From Podarcis tiliguerta (Eukaryota): a stretch of 64,000 nt of DNA. The position numbers and the translations under genes are program-made. The notes beneath the pieces are model-generated. The model saw only the letters and a program-made list of their open reading frames with translations, searched no databases and was not told the DNA's origin. Location: the NCBI GenBank assembly GCA_965153285.1, contig OZ229110.1. One strand, 5' to 3'. Positions 1 to 13,044 of the stretch are shown here, in pieces (within the stretch, counting starts at the first letter, position 1; each line of letters begins with the position of its first letter).

Positions 1-316
1 AAATTACTATGGGAACAGCTGAGAAAGACTTCCTGAAACTGAAGAGCTGATCGAATTATAAGAAGGAAAGAGCCTCTTTGCTTCCCAGTTATTCTCCGGT
101 TGATGTCTCTCTGTTTTTTTACACAAGGGATCCAGGTGTGTATACAAAGAATGTAATACAGAAATGTCTCTGGGGGTGTTTTAGTTTTGTCTCTCTAGAT
201 AACAGGAAGCCACCAATCACAGCAGCTTCTTGAATCCTGAGTGCATGTTGGCATTGAAATGTACATTTACAACTAAGAGAGTATGCATATTCATATGCCG
301 TTCTTACTCTACTTTA

Positions 317-564
317 TACAGTCATACCTCATGTTACGTTTGCTTCATGATACGTTTTTTCAGGTTGTGTCCTGCCCCCCCTGGAAGTACTGGAAAGGGT
401 TACTTCTGGGTTTCGCCACTCGTGCATGCGTAGATGTGCAAAATGTCACACGCATGTGCAGAAGTGGCAAATCGCAACCCGAGCATGCGCCGCTGCAGGT
501 TGCGTTCTATTCATGTGGCGAACAGGCCTCCGGAACGGATCCCGTTTGCAACCAGAGGTACGTA
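317..564. mobile_element. Tc1/mariner (Tigger/pogo-like) MITE, degenerate
   Basis: TA-CAGTCATACCTC ... GAGGTAC-GTA termini resemble the CAGTGGTACCTC TIR. Imperfect internal palindrome at 411-471. Confidence 0.65.
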
Positions 565-3087
565 TATGCTTTTGCACATACTTATAAATTCTTTTTGGGG
601 TGGAAAAAAAATGATGGCGAGAATCATTTCTAGCTAACAGAGATTTGGGAGCTTGTTGGCCCCTGTGTGCTTCCACCAGTAGCCCCCTAAGTTCCATCCA
701 CTTCTTTTTTCTGCTTGAGGAGCTCCTCTGCTAACAGGGATTGGGTCATCTGACATGCAATGTTATGCAGACCTACTGAACGCGAGCCAAAGGTTACATG
801 CAAGGTGCCATTACCGATGAACACACTAGGTGAACTCTGTGGTGTGTGACGGAAGCCATATAACTTTTAGACTGGAGGCAGGGAACAGCTTTTAAGAGAT
901 GTGAGCGATATGATAAAGCCATTGTTGCCTACGATGTAAACACTCGTCTCCTTTGTCCTGTTATCAGTGATGACCAGTCTGGTGGTTTGCTGCCAGGAAT
1001 TTCTGGCAGCTGCTCTGAAGAAAGTAGGGGTGGCAAAGTGCATTCTAAGCTATAACAATGGGGAGGCAGCAGTGGAGGAAAGGGCATTGCAGTCGTCCCT
1101 GGAGAAATGTGTGGCTGCTTCCTAGAGGGCCTCAGCAGCCTATACAGGCATTTGGCCTGCTAGCCAGTCAGCAGCCACTGCTTCTAGGGGGTTGCTGCTA
1201 AGAATGGGCTCAACTCCTTTCCTCAGTTATTCAGCTGCTGCAGAAAGTAATTATTTCCAGGGATTCCCTCCGCTGCCCACTGATGCCCTCTATTATTCAA
1301 GACAAAAGAAGGTTTGCACTACATACACCTATACACTTTAATTTGTATTGGTTCACTGCCCAGAGAAAGTTAGTTTTGGATGGTATGCAAACAGTGTTAA
1401 TAAATAAAATGGCAGTCTAGTCAATTTCTACACATGGAATGGGAAGGAGGACGCCATTTTGCCCTTTGCATCTTAGGCCAGCTTCAATGTACTCTTGGTG
1501 GGGTATCTCACTACTGTGTGACTTTAGCCAGCAGGCTTTGCCAAGACCATAACAATTCAAAACAATATGCCATGGACTCTCTCTTTCTCTTTTTCTCATT
1601 CATATATTATATATGCACTTTATTAGCATCAGATTTTGGCATATGTCCGTTATCTCAGTAACTCGGATGTCCTGAGCGTGGCTTTATTTCAAATGCCTCT
1701 CTGCAACATAGCCTTCTAAGAAAATTTGATAGAGGGCACTTTGAGTTGGTCCACAGAGCTGCAGCTGTCACGCCAGAGAAGCACTTGTCAATCTCCGTGC
1801 ACATAGATCGTTTCTGAGAGCTGCAGCCAGAAGGACTCTGACAGATTCAGGGAAAGGGAAGGTGATGGTCCAAGCACATTTGAATGCAAAACACCAGCCT
1901 CCTTCTCCGGGCTGTGAGGCAGATTCTTATCATTTTGCACTCTTTTTTTTAGGGCACAAGCTGAACCATAATTAAGTGTGCAGGTGACACAAAGGGGAGC
2001 CTTTGGAGACTGGGCTGACAATAGCCACTGTCTGATCCTATGCGAATGAAGGTGGCAAGAATGTCAGTCACTGCGGGGGGAGGACCACTAGAAACTGCAC
2101 AGATGGGGAATGAAAGAGAGCTAAATATCGCAAGCGAGGGCAGCAGGAGGTGGGGAAGTGGGAGGTGGAAAGCAACAGCATCAATTACTGCTTTCCAAGA
2201 GGCTTGTTTACATCCTGCCTGCCTCTTGGTAATGCTGTCCATTAAGCTGTGGATGTAAATGCAAACTTTCTTCACATCACGATGACAGGTCACTATTGAC
2301 ACCCACTAGAGTCTTAAAGTGGTGTTTTACAAATGGTAAAAATTTGTGCTTTCTCCCTTCTGTTGAAACCTCCAATGGAAGCCCCAGGCAGAAATGAGCA
2401 TAGTTCAGTCTCGAAATGGTCTTTTAAGTCAGGGCTACAGGCAATCTGAGTGGGGGCAGCTCCTGGGTGTCCCCTGATTCCTGATACAGAGGTAGGAGCA
2501 GGGAGCTTCTAGCCCTTCAACCACTTAACTCGTCTCAGTAGAGTTACCTGAAGAGAACAGTACTCTTTGCCTGATAACAGAAGCATTGCCACCATGCTAC
2601 TGAGGCCTTCGCCTGAATGCATACAGGAGCCCTGGCAGCAGTACAGAATTTGGGAATACCGGCTGGCTGGTGTGGTGGCTAAATGCCAGGTCTGTCTGCA
2701 AGAAAACATTGATCACCCAGGATTTGCTCATGGATGAGGGGGCTCACTGGGCAGATTGTGAGCCTATGCTAACCTAGCTGTGCCTGTCTGGGTACTTGGT
2801 GAAGCACCATTGCAGGGCAGAAGGACGGGGCAGGGGATCATGAGATCATCCATAAAAATTCCATCACCCTCACCAGGAGATCGATGTGCACTGTGCCTGA
2901 GGGACTGCTTGTGGTAATGTGGCAACTTCACCATACAGTTTCAGGTGAATCTGGAAGCAGGGCACCTTTGACACCTGGGTGTGTGTGTGTGTCCCATCCT
3001 ATTTTGTGATGGTAAGTTATTTAAAATTGTTGTAACGCACTCTGGAACCTTAACTTGAAGGGTGGGTAATAATACTAATAATCTGGT

Positions 3088-3089
<2 letters not shown>

Positions 3090-3143
<54 letters not shown>
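3090..3143. repeat. Compound (CT)n(CA)n microsatellite
   Basis: Seen directly. Confidence 0.95.
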
Positions 3144-3145
<2 letters not shown>

Positions 3146-3822
3146 CTGCCCCCATCACCCCCAAATGCACTGTCTCCATTTCAGACCTTCCCGGCACTGA
3201 GAGGGAAAGTCTGAAGTGGGTTTCTAAGTACACATAGCAGAAGGCTCTTAGAATTCATCCTATGATCACAGTTCCTGTTCAGATTGTCCAGCATACCATC
3301 AAATGCCTGAATAGGGCCTTACAGCAAGTATGCAAAAGGGGCTCCTTTCTGTACAACGACCTGCATCAACAATAATAAGCGCAGTGAAAGTGAGGGAGTT
3401 TCCTCTTCTGCTATTACTGTGTTTATTCGATCTGGGGAAGAGCAAGGACATAGCAAGGCTCTCCTGTTCTGGCAATCCCACCCAAATCCTTGCTACCTTG
3501 GAACAGATAAGAAATTCACAGCATGTGTGTGGACATGGAGAGAACTCTCAAATTAGGTTGTCATCAAGGAAAATTTTGCTGCACAAATGCGCAGAAACAG
3601 GTGTGAAGTATCCTTTCTGGCCTGAGGGCCTCCTTTCCTTCTGGGAAGCTTTCTAAGGGGCATATGCCAATGGTCTTAAATTCATATAGTCTCAATGCAC
3701 AGCTTGATACATGAAAGGTCAAGGAGCTCCAAATAAAAGGGAAGCATTGAAATCAAGGCCACAACAAAGAGAAGAACAGAGCAAAGAGCAAACCAGCTAA
3801 GGGAGAGAGAGAAAAAACTTAC

Positions 3823-3840
3823 CTTGTGTCAAGAGGAGTG
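3823..3840 (-). CDS. SLC8A3: NCX3 cassette micro-exon C, 18 nt (ALLLTQ)
   Basis: A long polypyrimidine tract precedes ttttatatag|CACTCCTCTTGACACAAG|gtaagt. The exon is symmetric (phase 1-1) and encodes A-L-L-L-T-Q, matching mammalian NCX3 exon C (ALLLSP). It is in the expected order A-B-C. Confidence 0.9.
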
Positions 3841-5594
3841 CTATATAAAACAGAAATATAAAAAAGAAGAGAAAAAGGGAACAGTTAATAACTTATGCAT
3901 GGCAGTTTCATTTTGCAGATGGCTGTATTAAATGAGCAATGAACTTGACTTGATGTAGCTGTGAATTGTCTGCCGCCACATGCTAGATGCAGGTTTGTGA
4001 ACATGCCTGGTAGCAGCAAAATGAACATGAAGCTGGAGAGAACAGGTGTGTACCAAAGGTTCTGGCTACCAGAGGTTTCCCCCTTTCCTTCATGAGCAGA
4101 GGCAGGGAGGTGGGGCTTGAAGGGGTGGGGTGGGTCTCTGGAGTCAGAAAGCGTGCCAATTCGCAACACTTTCTCAAGATCTGGGATAAGCCAAAGCTCA
4201 ACCCAAATAAGTTGTTTTTTCTGATGGGGACTTCAGTCATGTTAGAACCCTTAGAATAATTGGTGCTTAGCGACTGTAACTTTGCCTTTGCTCAAAAAGT
4301 AAGGTGTGAGTCATGATTCATGCTTAAAAATGAACTTTAAGTCACCTTACTCCGTAGCAAAATTACTGTTGCCGCAGTGGGAAATAAAACATTACCCCAT
4401 CTACTTTGCATGCTCGCTTTGATAAGTCCTTTAGCTACGGTAATTGTCAGTGATATTCCACCTATAGCTGTAAGGGGGCCTGGGTACAATTCCAAGATAC
4501 AAAGTGAAGCTCATGGCATGGCCAGAGATGGAAGTATAATTGACGGCCCCAAGGCTAATGCCTAGACCTTCCTTAACTTTCCCCGGGTATGTTACAGAGA
4601 GTTACAAATGAGGTTGTAAAGCAATCCCGAGAACCAGAACAAATTTGTCTAACTGTATTTTGAGCTCTGAAATCATCTTTTTGTGATTTTGTTCTATAAG
4701 ATGCCGGTTAAGTCAGGTGCTATTGAACCCTAGAGCTGTAAAAGTACAAGATAAAACTACAAGATAAATGTACTGATAAAACAACAGGAGCTGTAATGCT
4801 AACAATGACTACTAGCCACAACAAATAACTTAGGCCAAATGATTACATATCTTTCTCAATCTCACAATGCAGCTGGAAATCTCTTCTGACCCAAGTCTTT
4901 TAATTTCTATTTGCTAATTGGAAGTCTCCAGGTGAGACAGACGGCTGCCAACAACAAATTGGTAGTCTGACATGGATAGGAGTAGTTTAACCACAGAACT
5001 GTTAATTTAGGTTTAGACAGCTAATAATCTTTTTAATGCTAAGATGCCTCATTTAATCCCATTATATCTCTTTCTTTTTTCATGTTTCAGATTTAATATG
5101 ACTCATAGGAATTTTGTAACAGGAATTGGTTTTTTTAAGCCAGTCACCATTGTTTCTGTAACTACATTACTTTGAAATTCATTTAAAAACTTGTATGCTT
5201 TGAAATTTAGTATGTCTGAAAGCTTAGGGATGGAAATGGCTTTTCTCACTCAGGTACCAAGAACCAGACTGAGGAAGTACAAGCCTGCTGGTTCCCCTGG
5301 ACCTTTCAGTGGCTTTTGATACCACAAGCCACGGTATCCTTCTAGATCAGTTGGCCGGATTGGGCCTGGGAGACATGTGGAGGCCTGGTCCGTAATGGAA
5401 ACCCAGTAACAGACAGTAGTATTGGAGGGCCTTTATATCACCCCATGGCCAATGAACCATGGGGTACCTTCATGGTTTTTAACATTTATAAGAAACTGTT
5501 GAGAGATGGCACCTGAATGTTTGGATTTAAGTGCACCAACATGAAGATGACATGCAATTCTACCCCTCTTTTTCATCTGATAATCCCAAGGAGT

Positions 5595-6468
5595 TCCTAA
5601 ACTAATGCTTGGAGACGCTTTTGGGTTGGATGAGAGCAAAAAAGCTAGAATTAAATCCAGGCAAGGTGGGCATTCTGTGGGGAGGAGAATTGCTGTCTCT
5701 GGATAGAGGGGTACAGGTAGACCTAGGTGAGTTTCCACTCCCCCAAAGGATCATTTGGGTGAGATCCTGGATTTATTACTATCTGGGAAGACCCAGCTAG
5801 CTGCAGTGGCCAGGTGCATTTGTTTCCAGCTTTGGCTGATATGCCAATGGCAACCTTTCTGAGAGAGGTCTGATCTTGTCTGAGTTATCCATACACCTGC
5901 CACATTCACTGTAATGTGCTGAATGTAGGGCTGCCTTTGAAGACAATTTGGAAAATGACTGTGATTGGAACATGCAGCACTTATACTGTACCAATTGCTC
6001 TGATAGCTAGTAAGCTTCCAAGTCCACTTTAAAACCTTAATGGTCTGGGGGTCTGGGTTACTTGAAAGGCTGCACCCATAACAGACTGCTTGTGCCCTGA
6101 AATCAACAAAAAGAGGCTCTATTTGTTTAGGTGCCAACCTGTTAAAACTATTGGGCTGGTGGCCACCTGTAATAAAGGTTCTTACTTGTGAAAATATGTC
6201 CCTTTGGGGATGAGGCAGGTCTCATCCTTAATAAAGCCCTTCAGAGGGCTTTGAAGACATACCTCTTTTGGGCGCTTTTAATAGGCCATGTTGGGAATTT
6301 TATGCCGTGAGTCCTTTTAGTTTAATTTTGTTTTGCTGTTTTATTTCTAAAGTTAATGGGCGGGATTATTTTTCTCCTTCTATCCTGTAAAACAATTTTA
6401 GATATACGGTAGTGCAAGTTGTTTTGTGGAGAAGATTTCTCAAAAGCAGGTTATAAATATAAATAAAC
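5595..6468 (+). mobile_element. Old L2-clade LINE 3' fragment
   Basis: Decayed RT C-terminal motif (WMRAKKLELNPGK, cf. WM..NKLKLNPDKTE) and an L2-type 3' tail (ataaatataaataaa). Boundaries approximate. Confidence 0.75.
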
Positions 6469-7671
6469 AAATGACTGAAAGTTCATCCCAATGTAAAATG
6501 CTATTTATCATTGTTTTGAATATGATAGTAGGATGGTCAAAAAAGCAGTTTAAAGCACACCATTATATTCTATACATTAATATGCATGTGTTAGAAATGT
6601 ACTTATTTTTTTGTTCCTGATATTGTTTATGCAGGTAAGCATAATTTATGAAAATAAATTAAAAATCATTGCAAAAGTTAATGGTGGAAAGCATGAATCT
6701 AGGGGTAGGACATTGCTGGCAGTCTGCAGTGCACATACAACCAAGTCTCTGCTATTTTTATATCTGCTATCTGCTTCTTTGAAAGGTTGCCTTAGGAGGA
6801 AATATAATTCTGAAATAAGAATGTAATTAAGAACAGTCTGGAGAAATATGACCTTTTTGATAAAAGTGTGAAATGGAGACAGGTTAATGTGCGTTATCTT
6901 TTCAATGTCTTGGGAAAAGATCTTCTACGAATTTAGCCTGCATACTGTAATCTAATCAGAAGGAACAGATGAGCCCCTCTCCTTGCTCCCATGTGCACCC
7001 ATCAATGGTATTGCAGCTTGCAGATCACAATGTTGATGGTGAAACCCTCTCAAACCATGTCTTACATTCTGCTTCTGGTTTTTTTGGGGTGGCACTATCT
7101 ACAAAAGGCCAGTCTAGAAGGCTGCTTAATTTGATTGCCATTTAAGAATCCGAGCCCTGTATCTATCAATGTCATCCTATTAGTGCAAGGGTCACTGCTG
7201 ATTTTGAGCTGTTTGGATTTATTTGCATGTTTTGTAAACTGACTTGTCTCCCCAACCCCAATGCTTTGCACTTTGATAACCGGCTGTTGTGAACTGCTTC
7301 GGGCATGGGTAATTATGGAAAAGGGACATATAAATACACTAGATTTTTTAAAAACAACAACACAACCACTTCTGTGATAAAACCAGCACCTTTATGTCTC
7401 TTAAAACATTCATTTCTTGATGATCTGGGATATTTTCCTTTCATTTGCACTTCACTCTAGTAATGGAGTGTTTTTCTTTCACTTCTAATGTTACACATGA
7501 ATATTTGAAGAACACTATCAATGAGATTTCAGGAATGTTGGTTGGCAAGGAAAAATATAGGTATAAAAAGGAGAATTCCCTGGATGCCAAGATCCAGGTT
7601 TGGGGCAAGAACTCTTGGGTGAGAGAACCCCAGCAGATATTTAAAATCACAAAACATGCAGCAAAGTAAAG

Positions 7672-9120
7672 TGTGGAAATATAGGCTGTTAGATCTTTAA
7701 AATATGCCCTTCAACTTCTTCCAAAGTTCCCCTCTTCCCTTAGCATAGAAAAAGACCACATATTTAGTAAGTTAAAAAATTGTTTACTTACAAGCTCACC
7801 AAAGGTCAGATTCAGAATACACAGCATTCAGAATACACAGGCAGCAAAACTTAGGTTAGTTACAGTGGTGAAGGTTCCTAAATTATTGGTACAGGAACTC
7901 AAGAATGACTTTTAAAAGAGGCCATGTGTTCTGAGCTTGGAGCAACTGGCCCAAACCTGGAGTTCACATGGTAAACTATGAGGGAATAGGCTTCCCTTCC
8001 AATCCCTCTCAAGGTCTGGTTGTTGTGCTTAAGTACAGGAGCTTTCCTTTGGCAGAGCTGTACTCAATTTCCCCTTCTGCACCCAATTGCCTTCTTGTCC
8101 AGGTCTGGCGCTGGTGCAGTGCATCAATCTCTTCCTGTGTAGCATCCCTTCACAGGTGAGCTTCAGCAGTTAGCATCTGCTCTATCTTGTCCTAGGTGGA
8201 AGGTTCTAGAGGTTGCGATGACCTTGCAAGACGGGACAGTTGTGGGGCTGAGTCTTGGTGAGCACCTGACACCTGGCTCTGGAACCTCGCCTGCTTCTTC
8301 ATCACCCTTTAATGTAAACATGTCGTCATTAGCCTGCTTCCCTCTGGCTGTGCTGCATCTTGGAATCTGCTCCTCTGCTTCTCTTTCCTGTTCGGCATCT
8401 GTGCTAAGTGGTGTGACAGTAGAAGGCAGATCTGGACTGTTATACATCAGTTCTGGTAAATTTATGAGGGCTTGTGTTTCTTCCTCTGATTCACCAGAAA
8501 AGTCCATCACAGTTCCTCTCTTGTCAGCTCTCCTGTATTCATCAAAATGAACCACATGTCTTGTGCTGACTTTCCCAGTACTCAAGTCCATTGCTCCGTA
8601 TCCTTTGCTTCTCAGAGCATAGCCAATCACAATAGTCTCTTCTGCTCTGGAATCTAACTTGTGCCTATCCTCCTTGGGTACACAGGCATGGGCAATACTG
8701 CCAAGTGTACGTGGTTGGCAGTCTATTTTAGAGATATACTCCAGTGGCTACTGTATCTTCCCAGATGCGTTTGGGAAGGCCAAAGTCACTCAACATGCAC
8801 AAAGCCATTTCCAGAAGAGATCTAAACTTTCTCTCAGTGATGTGAGCTTTGCTGGCACCCAATGGAAAACATGATTTTTCCTGACAACTCTCTGTTTCCC
8901 CATAGTTCTTCCTCTGGGACTTCAAAACACAGAGTTGTCTCTCACACAACTCCCTTTCTCTTTCATTTCTTGGGGTGGGAGCTAACAAGGAGAGCTGTGT
9001 TTGCTGCCTGGGCAAACCAAACCTTGCTTTGCCTTTGTTACACATGCAGAAGTTTGTGTGGCACAGCTGGAGAGCTTCCAATGAAATGCAATTCCTTCTC
9101 CATCTTCTGAACCAAATGCC
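7672..9120 (-). mobile_element. Ty1/copia LTR-retrotransposon remnant (deleted pol plus putative 3' LTR at 7672-8002)
   Basis: Minus-strand remnants: C..C..GK pre-integrase motif; integrase C-terminus ITERKFRSLLEMALCML..LPKRIWEDTVATGVYL; KLDSRAEETIVIGYALRSKGY...RHVVHFDE; RT start EPST...QEEIDALH..TW. The IN-then-RT order is diagnostic of copia. A PPT-like GAGAGGGA abuts a TGTGGAA...TTCCAA-bounded 331-bp segment. Confidence 0.85.
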
Positions 9121-10304
9121 GTGATGGAATTATACCTTGCATTACACCCTTGAGGCCATTATAATTTAGACTTTGGAGCACCCTGACTGAAAAAGGAGAC
9201 CTGGTGCTGTAGCCCCTCTAATGCTGGAGTGTCAAAACTGCTGTGCGAAGGGAATATCCAGCCCAAATTTCCCTGGGGGGCTGACAAAGTAAAAGGAAAC
9301 CTAGACCCCAGTTGTCAACTAATGTGACACTCAAGCCATCAAATGAGTTAACAGCCCAGTGAAAAGATGTCATCTTCCTAGCAAGGAAAAAAAAAAGGCT
9401 GGATTTACTGGAGGGACACTCAAAAGGTACTGACAGTAGGGCAACCAGAAAGGTGACACAATCTGCTGGAAGGCTTCTAGGCCCTGTTATGTTTCGCCAA
9501 CAACGGTTTGGTCCCTGTCACTGCAGATAAGGGAAACATATAGAACCATGGGACTGCAGAATGAGATTGGGAAGCCTTGGAGCCAATCAGTGGAAGGGAG
9601 AAGAAGGCAACCCATTTCCAGCTCTAACAACGAGAAGTTCAACAACTCTTGGTGGTGGTTGTTGTTTTGCATTTGCATATCACAAATGGAACAAGGGCAT
9701 TGGCAAGAAGAGATATATTTGCTGGTGGGTTCTGATCCCTGTGCTCCTTACCAAGCTACAAATGAAAGAGAAAGAGGATACCCACCTCAGGCCTAATCTG
9801 TGGGGAGGGGGGCATTGTCACAGAATGAGATTACAAAAGAGGGAAATGTCGGGAAACTGATAACACACAGGATTATGAGGGCCGAACATAGTTACAGCCA
9901 ATAATTCTGAAGGGAATTCAAACGTAAAATGGCTGAGGAGCTCACAAAATACAATTTAATTCAATTTAGCTAATACACTAGAAGCCTGGAGGGTAACAAA
10001 GATTGAACATCTTATAGGATGAATTTATCTAAATAGGATGAACAGTTAATCCGGGAGAGAGGGAAGGAAGAGGCACACATTGGTTCAGCCTCATTTCTCT
10101 ACCAAATAACTTGGCAGAGTGAAATAAACATTAAAATATAAATTCACACAAAGGATAACAGAGCTATCAACACCTGCTCTCATTTCCACACAGTGTCTCC
10201 AGCCCAGGCAGTGGCCAGGACTCCACCTGGGTAGTTGTACATTCTCTAGGCTCAAACCCTGAAAGGGGCATCAGTCCCTGTAATAATGGTCATAGCAGCA
10301 ACAT

Positions 10305-10497
10305 GTGTGGAATATAGAAAGCTGCCTTATACAAAGTCAGGCCATTGGTCCATCTACCTTAGCACTGTTGACACTGACTGGCAGCAGCTCTCCAGAGTTT
10401 CAGGCAGGAGTCTTTCCCAACCTGACCTGGAGATGCAGAGATTGAACCAAGACTTTCTGTATGTACAGCATGTGCTCTCCCACTGAGCTTCAGTCCT
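10305..10497 (-). mobile_element. tRNA-derived SINE (squamate family)
   Basis: tRNA-like head (gctcagtgggagagcacatgct...ggttcaatc) and a body shared with copies at 23290, 26833, 37670, 58690 and 60235. Confidence 0.75.
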
Positions 10498-11112
10498 TGC
10501 TGAATTTGTCTCTGCCACATTGTTATTAAAGATGAACAGTTAGGGCCAACTAGATGTTACGGTAGGAGATCTGGGACTGGACCTCCTCTGATTTTTATCT
10601 GTACCTAAAAGCACTGGAAGGGAAAAATCAAGAGTATAGAAATAGTAGAACCAAGGAAAAAGCTAACAGGGTGGTTGTGGGTACCATTGCTGAAGTGCAT
10701 TAGGAAAGGCTGGGCTGGGCTGGGGAGGGCGAGAAGAAAGGTAGAGCTTATTAGGTGCCGGTAACAGACCTGCGAGAGGGAGAAGAAGCGTTGATGGAAG
10801 GTTGGCATTCCCTTAGCTGAGAGGCAAAGGAGTGGATTGGGAGGATTGGAGGATTGGATTTAGGGGATTATGAGTAAGCATTGGAGATGTTTTGTTCAAA
10901 AAAATTAGCTTAAAATACTTGATTTAAAACACTTGAGTAGTTTCATCACACAGTTTTAATTTCTTTGTTTAATATTCCATTATGAACCCTCAGAATAGGG
11001 CAGGATTACCATACACAAACAAATCAAGCTCTTCTGGCTTTATGCTTGAAGGAATTGGTGCTTTAAAATTTTGCAGCCTTTTTTTAAGAAGAGCCAACAA
11101 AACTGTCTCCTC

Positions 11113-11115
<3 letters not shown>

Positions 11116-11169
<54 letters not shown>
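11116..11169. repeat. (ATT)n microsatellite
   Basis: Seen directly. It is the source of the poly-N/poly-I/poly-L ORFs. Confidence 0.95.
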
Positions 11170-11170
<1 letters not shown>

Positions 11171-12314
11171 TGGAGAACCATTATTTAATGTCACTTTTAA
11201 AAAAACGGCTGTACAAAAGCATCAATTTATTTAACCATAAAGCCGAGAGAACTTGATTTGTTTGTACGATATGTACTATACTAGGAAACACAATTTATTG
11301 ATCTAACATATTTAATGCATGCTTTGTTATAAATTAGAAAAAAACCTAAACTTTAAAAGTGAGTTTATCTCTGCCTTCTTAAGACTTCTGCATTCAGTGG
11401 TCTAGGATGCTGCTCGCTTTGGTCAGCGGTTTGGTACACTGGGACCCCCTTGACAAGACCCACTGAAATGAAGAGGAGATGTGAAAAACCTTGATAGATC
11501 CTCGTGTCCCTGCCCTTTTGAGATGGGCGCCTGCCACATGCACATAAACAGGCCTAGGAGTGACGCCTCAGAAGATGGTTTAACTTCCAAAATCAACAGA
11601 CTCCTCTGTTGCTGATGTGCAGTCAGCTTCATTTTCATCTGCCAGCTAACCAGAATGTTTAGCGAGTTCCTAATGTTACAGCTGTGAAGTTTTATTAATA
11701 AAAGTACAATTTTCCCTTGCCAGGCTGTCAGATTTTTGCACCGAAGAAGCAAAACAGAATGCAAATGCTCATTGTCATGATTATGACAGAACCCGTTCAT
11801 TACAATTCCAGCTGTAGGTGTTAAAAAATAAAAATTCACCAGCACCCAGTCATCCACTGCAAGTTATGCCACAGAAAAGGAGCAAGGAGGCGGGAAAGAC
11901 TGTGCAAGATACAGAACTGGGGAGGAAGCTGAAAAGGCAGCCATGCAAATTGCATTCTTTTTGGGGGGGTGCTGGGGAAGAGCTTTCAGTCTCAGCATGA
12001 GGGAGAGGGAAACAGGAGAAGGCCAAAGATGTCACCGGAAGGGGGAAGAAAGCAAGAGAGAGATAGAAAGGCGGCTCACACGGCCTGAAAGGCACAAGCA
12101 CTGCACGAAAGGAGGATCCGAAATAAGCTAGGCTCAAAAACTCAGAGATGGGACCGAAACAGGGTGAGAGCGAGAATATAGGAGGGAAAGGAATAAAACT
12201 TGGTCCGTGTAAAAATGAAAGAGGAAAAAAAGGGTGTGGGGGGAGGAAGCAAAAAGATTACTTTTTTGTGGATTTGGGTTTCTCTTGTTTGTTTTTCCAA
12301 AAAGAATCTCACAC

Positions 12315-12418
12315 CTGATATTCCTCGTTCCATCCATTTCGGTTCACCAAGGGCAATGAAGAAATTCTCCTGCCTTTCGTATTCCTCCTCATCTACTATA
12401 TTAACCCTTACGGTCTTC
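12315..12418 (-). CDS. SLC8A3: NCX3 mutually exclusive exon B (CBD2 variable region), 104 nt
   Basis: Minus strand reads tcttgttgtccctacag|GAAGACCGTAAGG...GGAATATCAG|gtgtga. It translates as KTVRVNIVDEEEYERQENFFIALGEPKWMERGIS, nearly identical to NCX3 exon B as I recall it. Same phases as exon A. Confidence 0.96.
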
Positions 12419-13044
12419 CTGTAGGGACAACAAGAAAGACATGTGTGTACAGTGGGTTGCCTGGTTGGGAGCAGACGCAGCAAACAGCAGCAGCGGCAGC
12501 ACCTCCACCGCCACACCATTCCCACATGCACCATTCCCACTCCTGCCCCTGCCTGCGGCAGCCCTTTCACTGGCTTTCTATGGCACGCTGGTCGTAGCTG
12601 ATCTTTAGGTGAGTCGGAGAACGTTAGAGGAGGAAAGGAGGGCTGGGAGGGGCAAGGGGCGAGGAAAGGGAACCTGGTCCTTGTTGATGGTTAGTGGAAG
12701 GTGATTTCTGCAGCACATTTAGTTGAGTGTCACATGGTAATAACAGCTCGTCAGCTGGCTCGACAATAACCAATCAAAAATGTCCATAGGCAGAAGAGAG
12801 CCCTAGACACACACACATATATACCTGAAGTGTTTTAGGAGAAGAGCCAATTTCTCTCTCACACACACATTTTATAATATCAGGTTTGGTCTTTGGTGGG
12901 GAGCATGGTTACATTAGCATACACACATACACGTACACACACGGACACCCCTTTCCATATAGGGTAGTCCTCTTGCTCTGAGAAGACACACACTGACTTT
13001 CCCCCTTTCCTCTATAAACGCACGCCTGCAATTGCAGGTCCATT

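Noticed and set aside
1-3822. Next constitutive NCX3 exon (…EEEEAKRIAEMGKP…) or NCX1-like cassette exons D/E/F
   Set aside because: No matching minus-strand sequence was found by eye. It probably lies left of the window.
10982-11256. Poly-L/N/I ORFs, and poly-E/K/S/L ORFs at 50809-51194
   Set aside because: These are translations of trinucleotide microsatellites.
11690-11703. Palindrome TTTTATTAATAAAA as an intronic poly(A) signal after exon B
   Set aside because: There is no GU/U-rich downstream element on the sense strand, and AATAAA is common in AT-rich introns.
12142-12570. 142-aa minus-strand ORF as a stand-alone gene
   Set aside because: Only 12315-12418 is NCX3-like and it is bounded by AG/GT. 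The rest is intron read-through.
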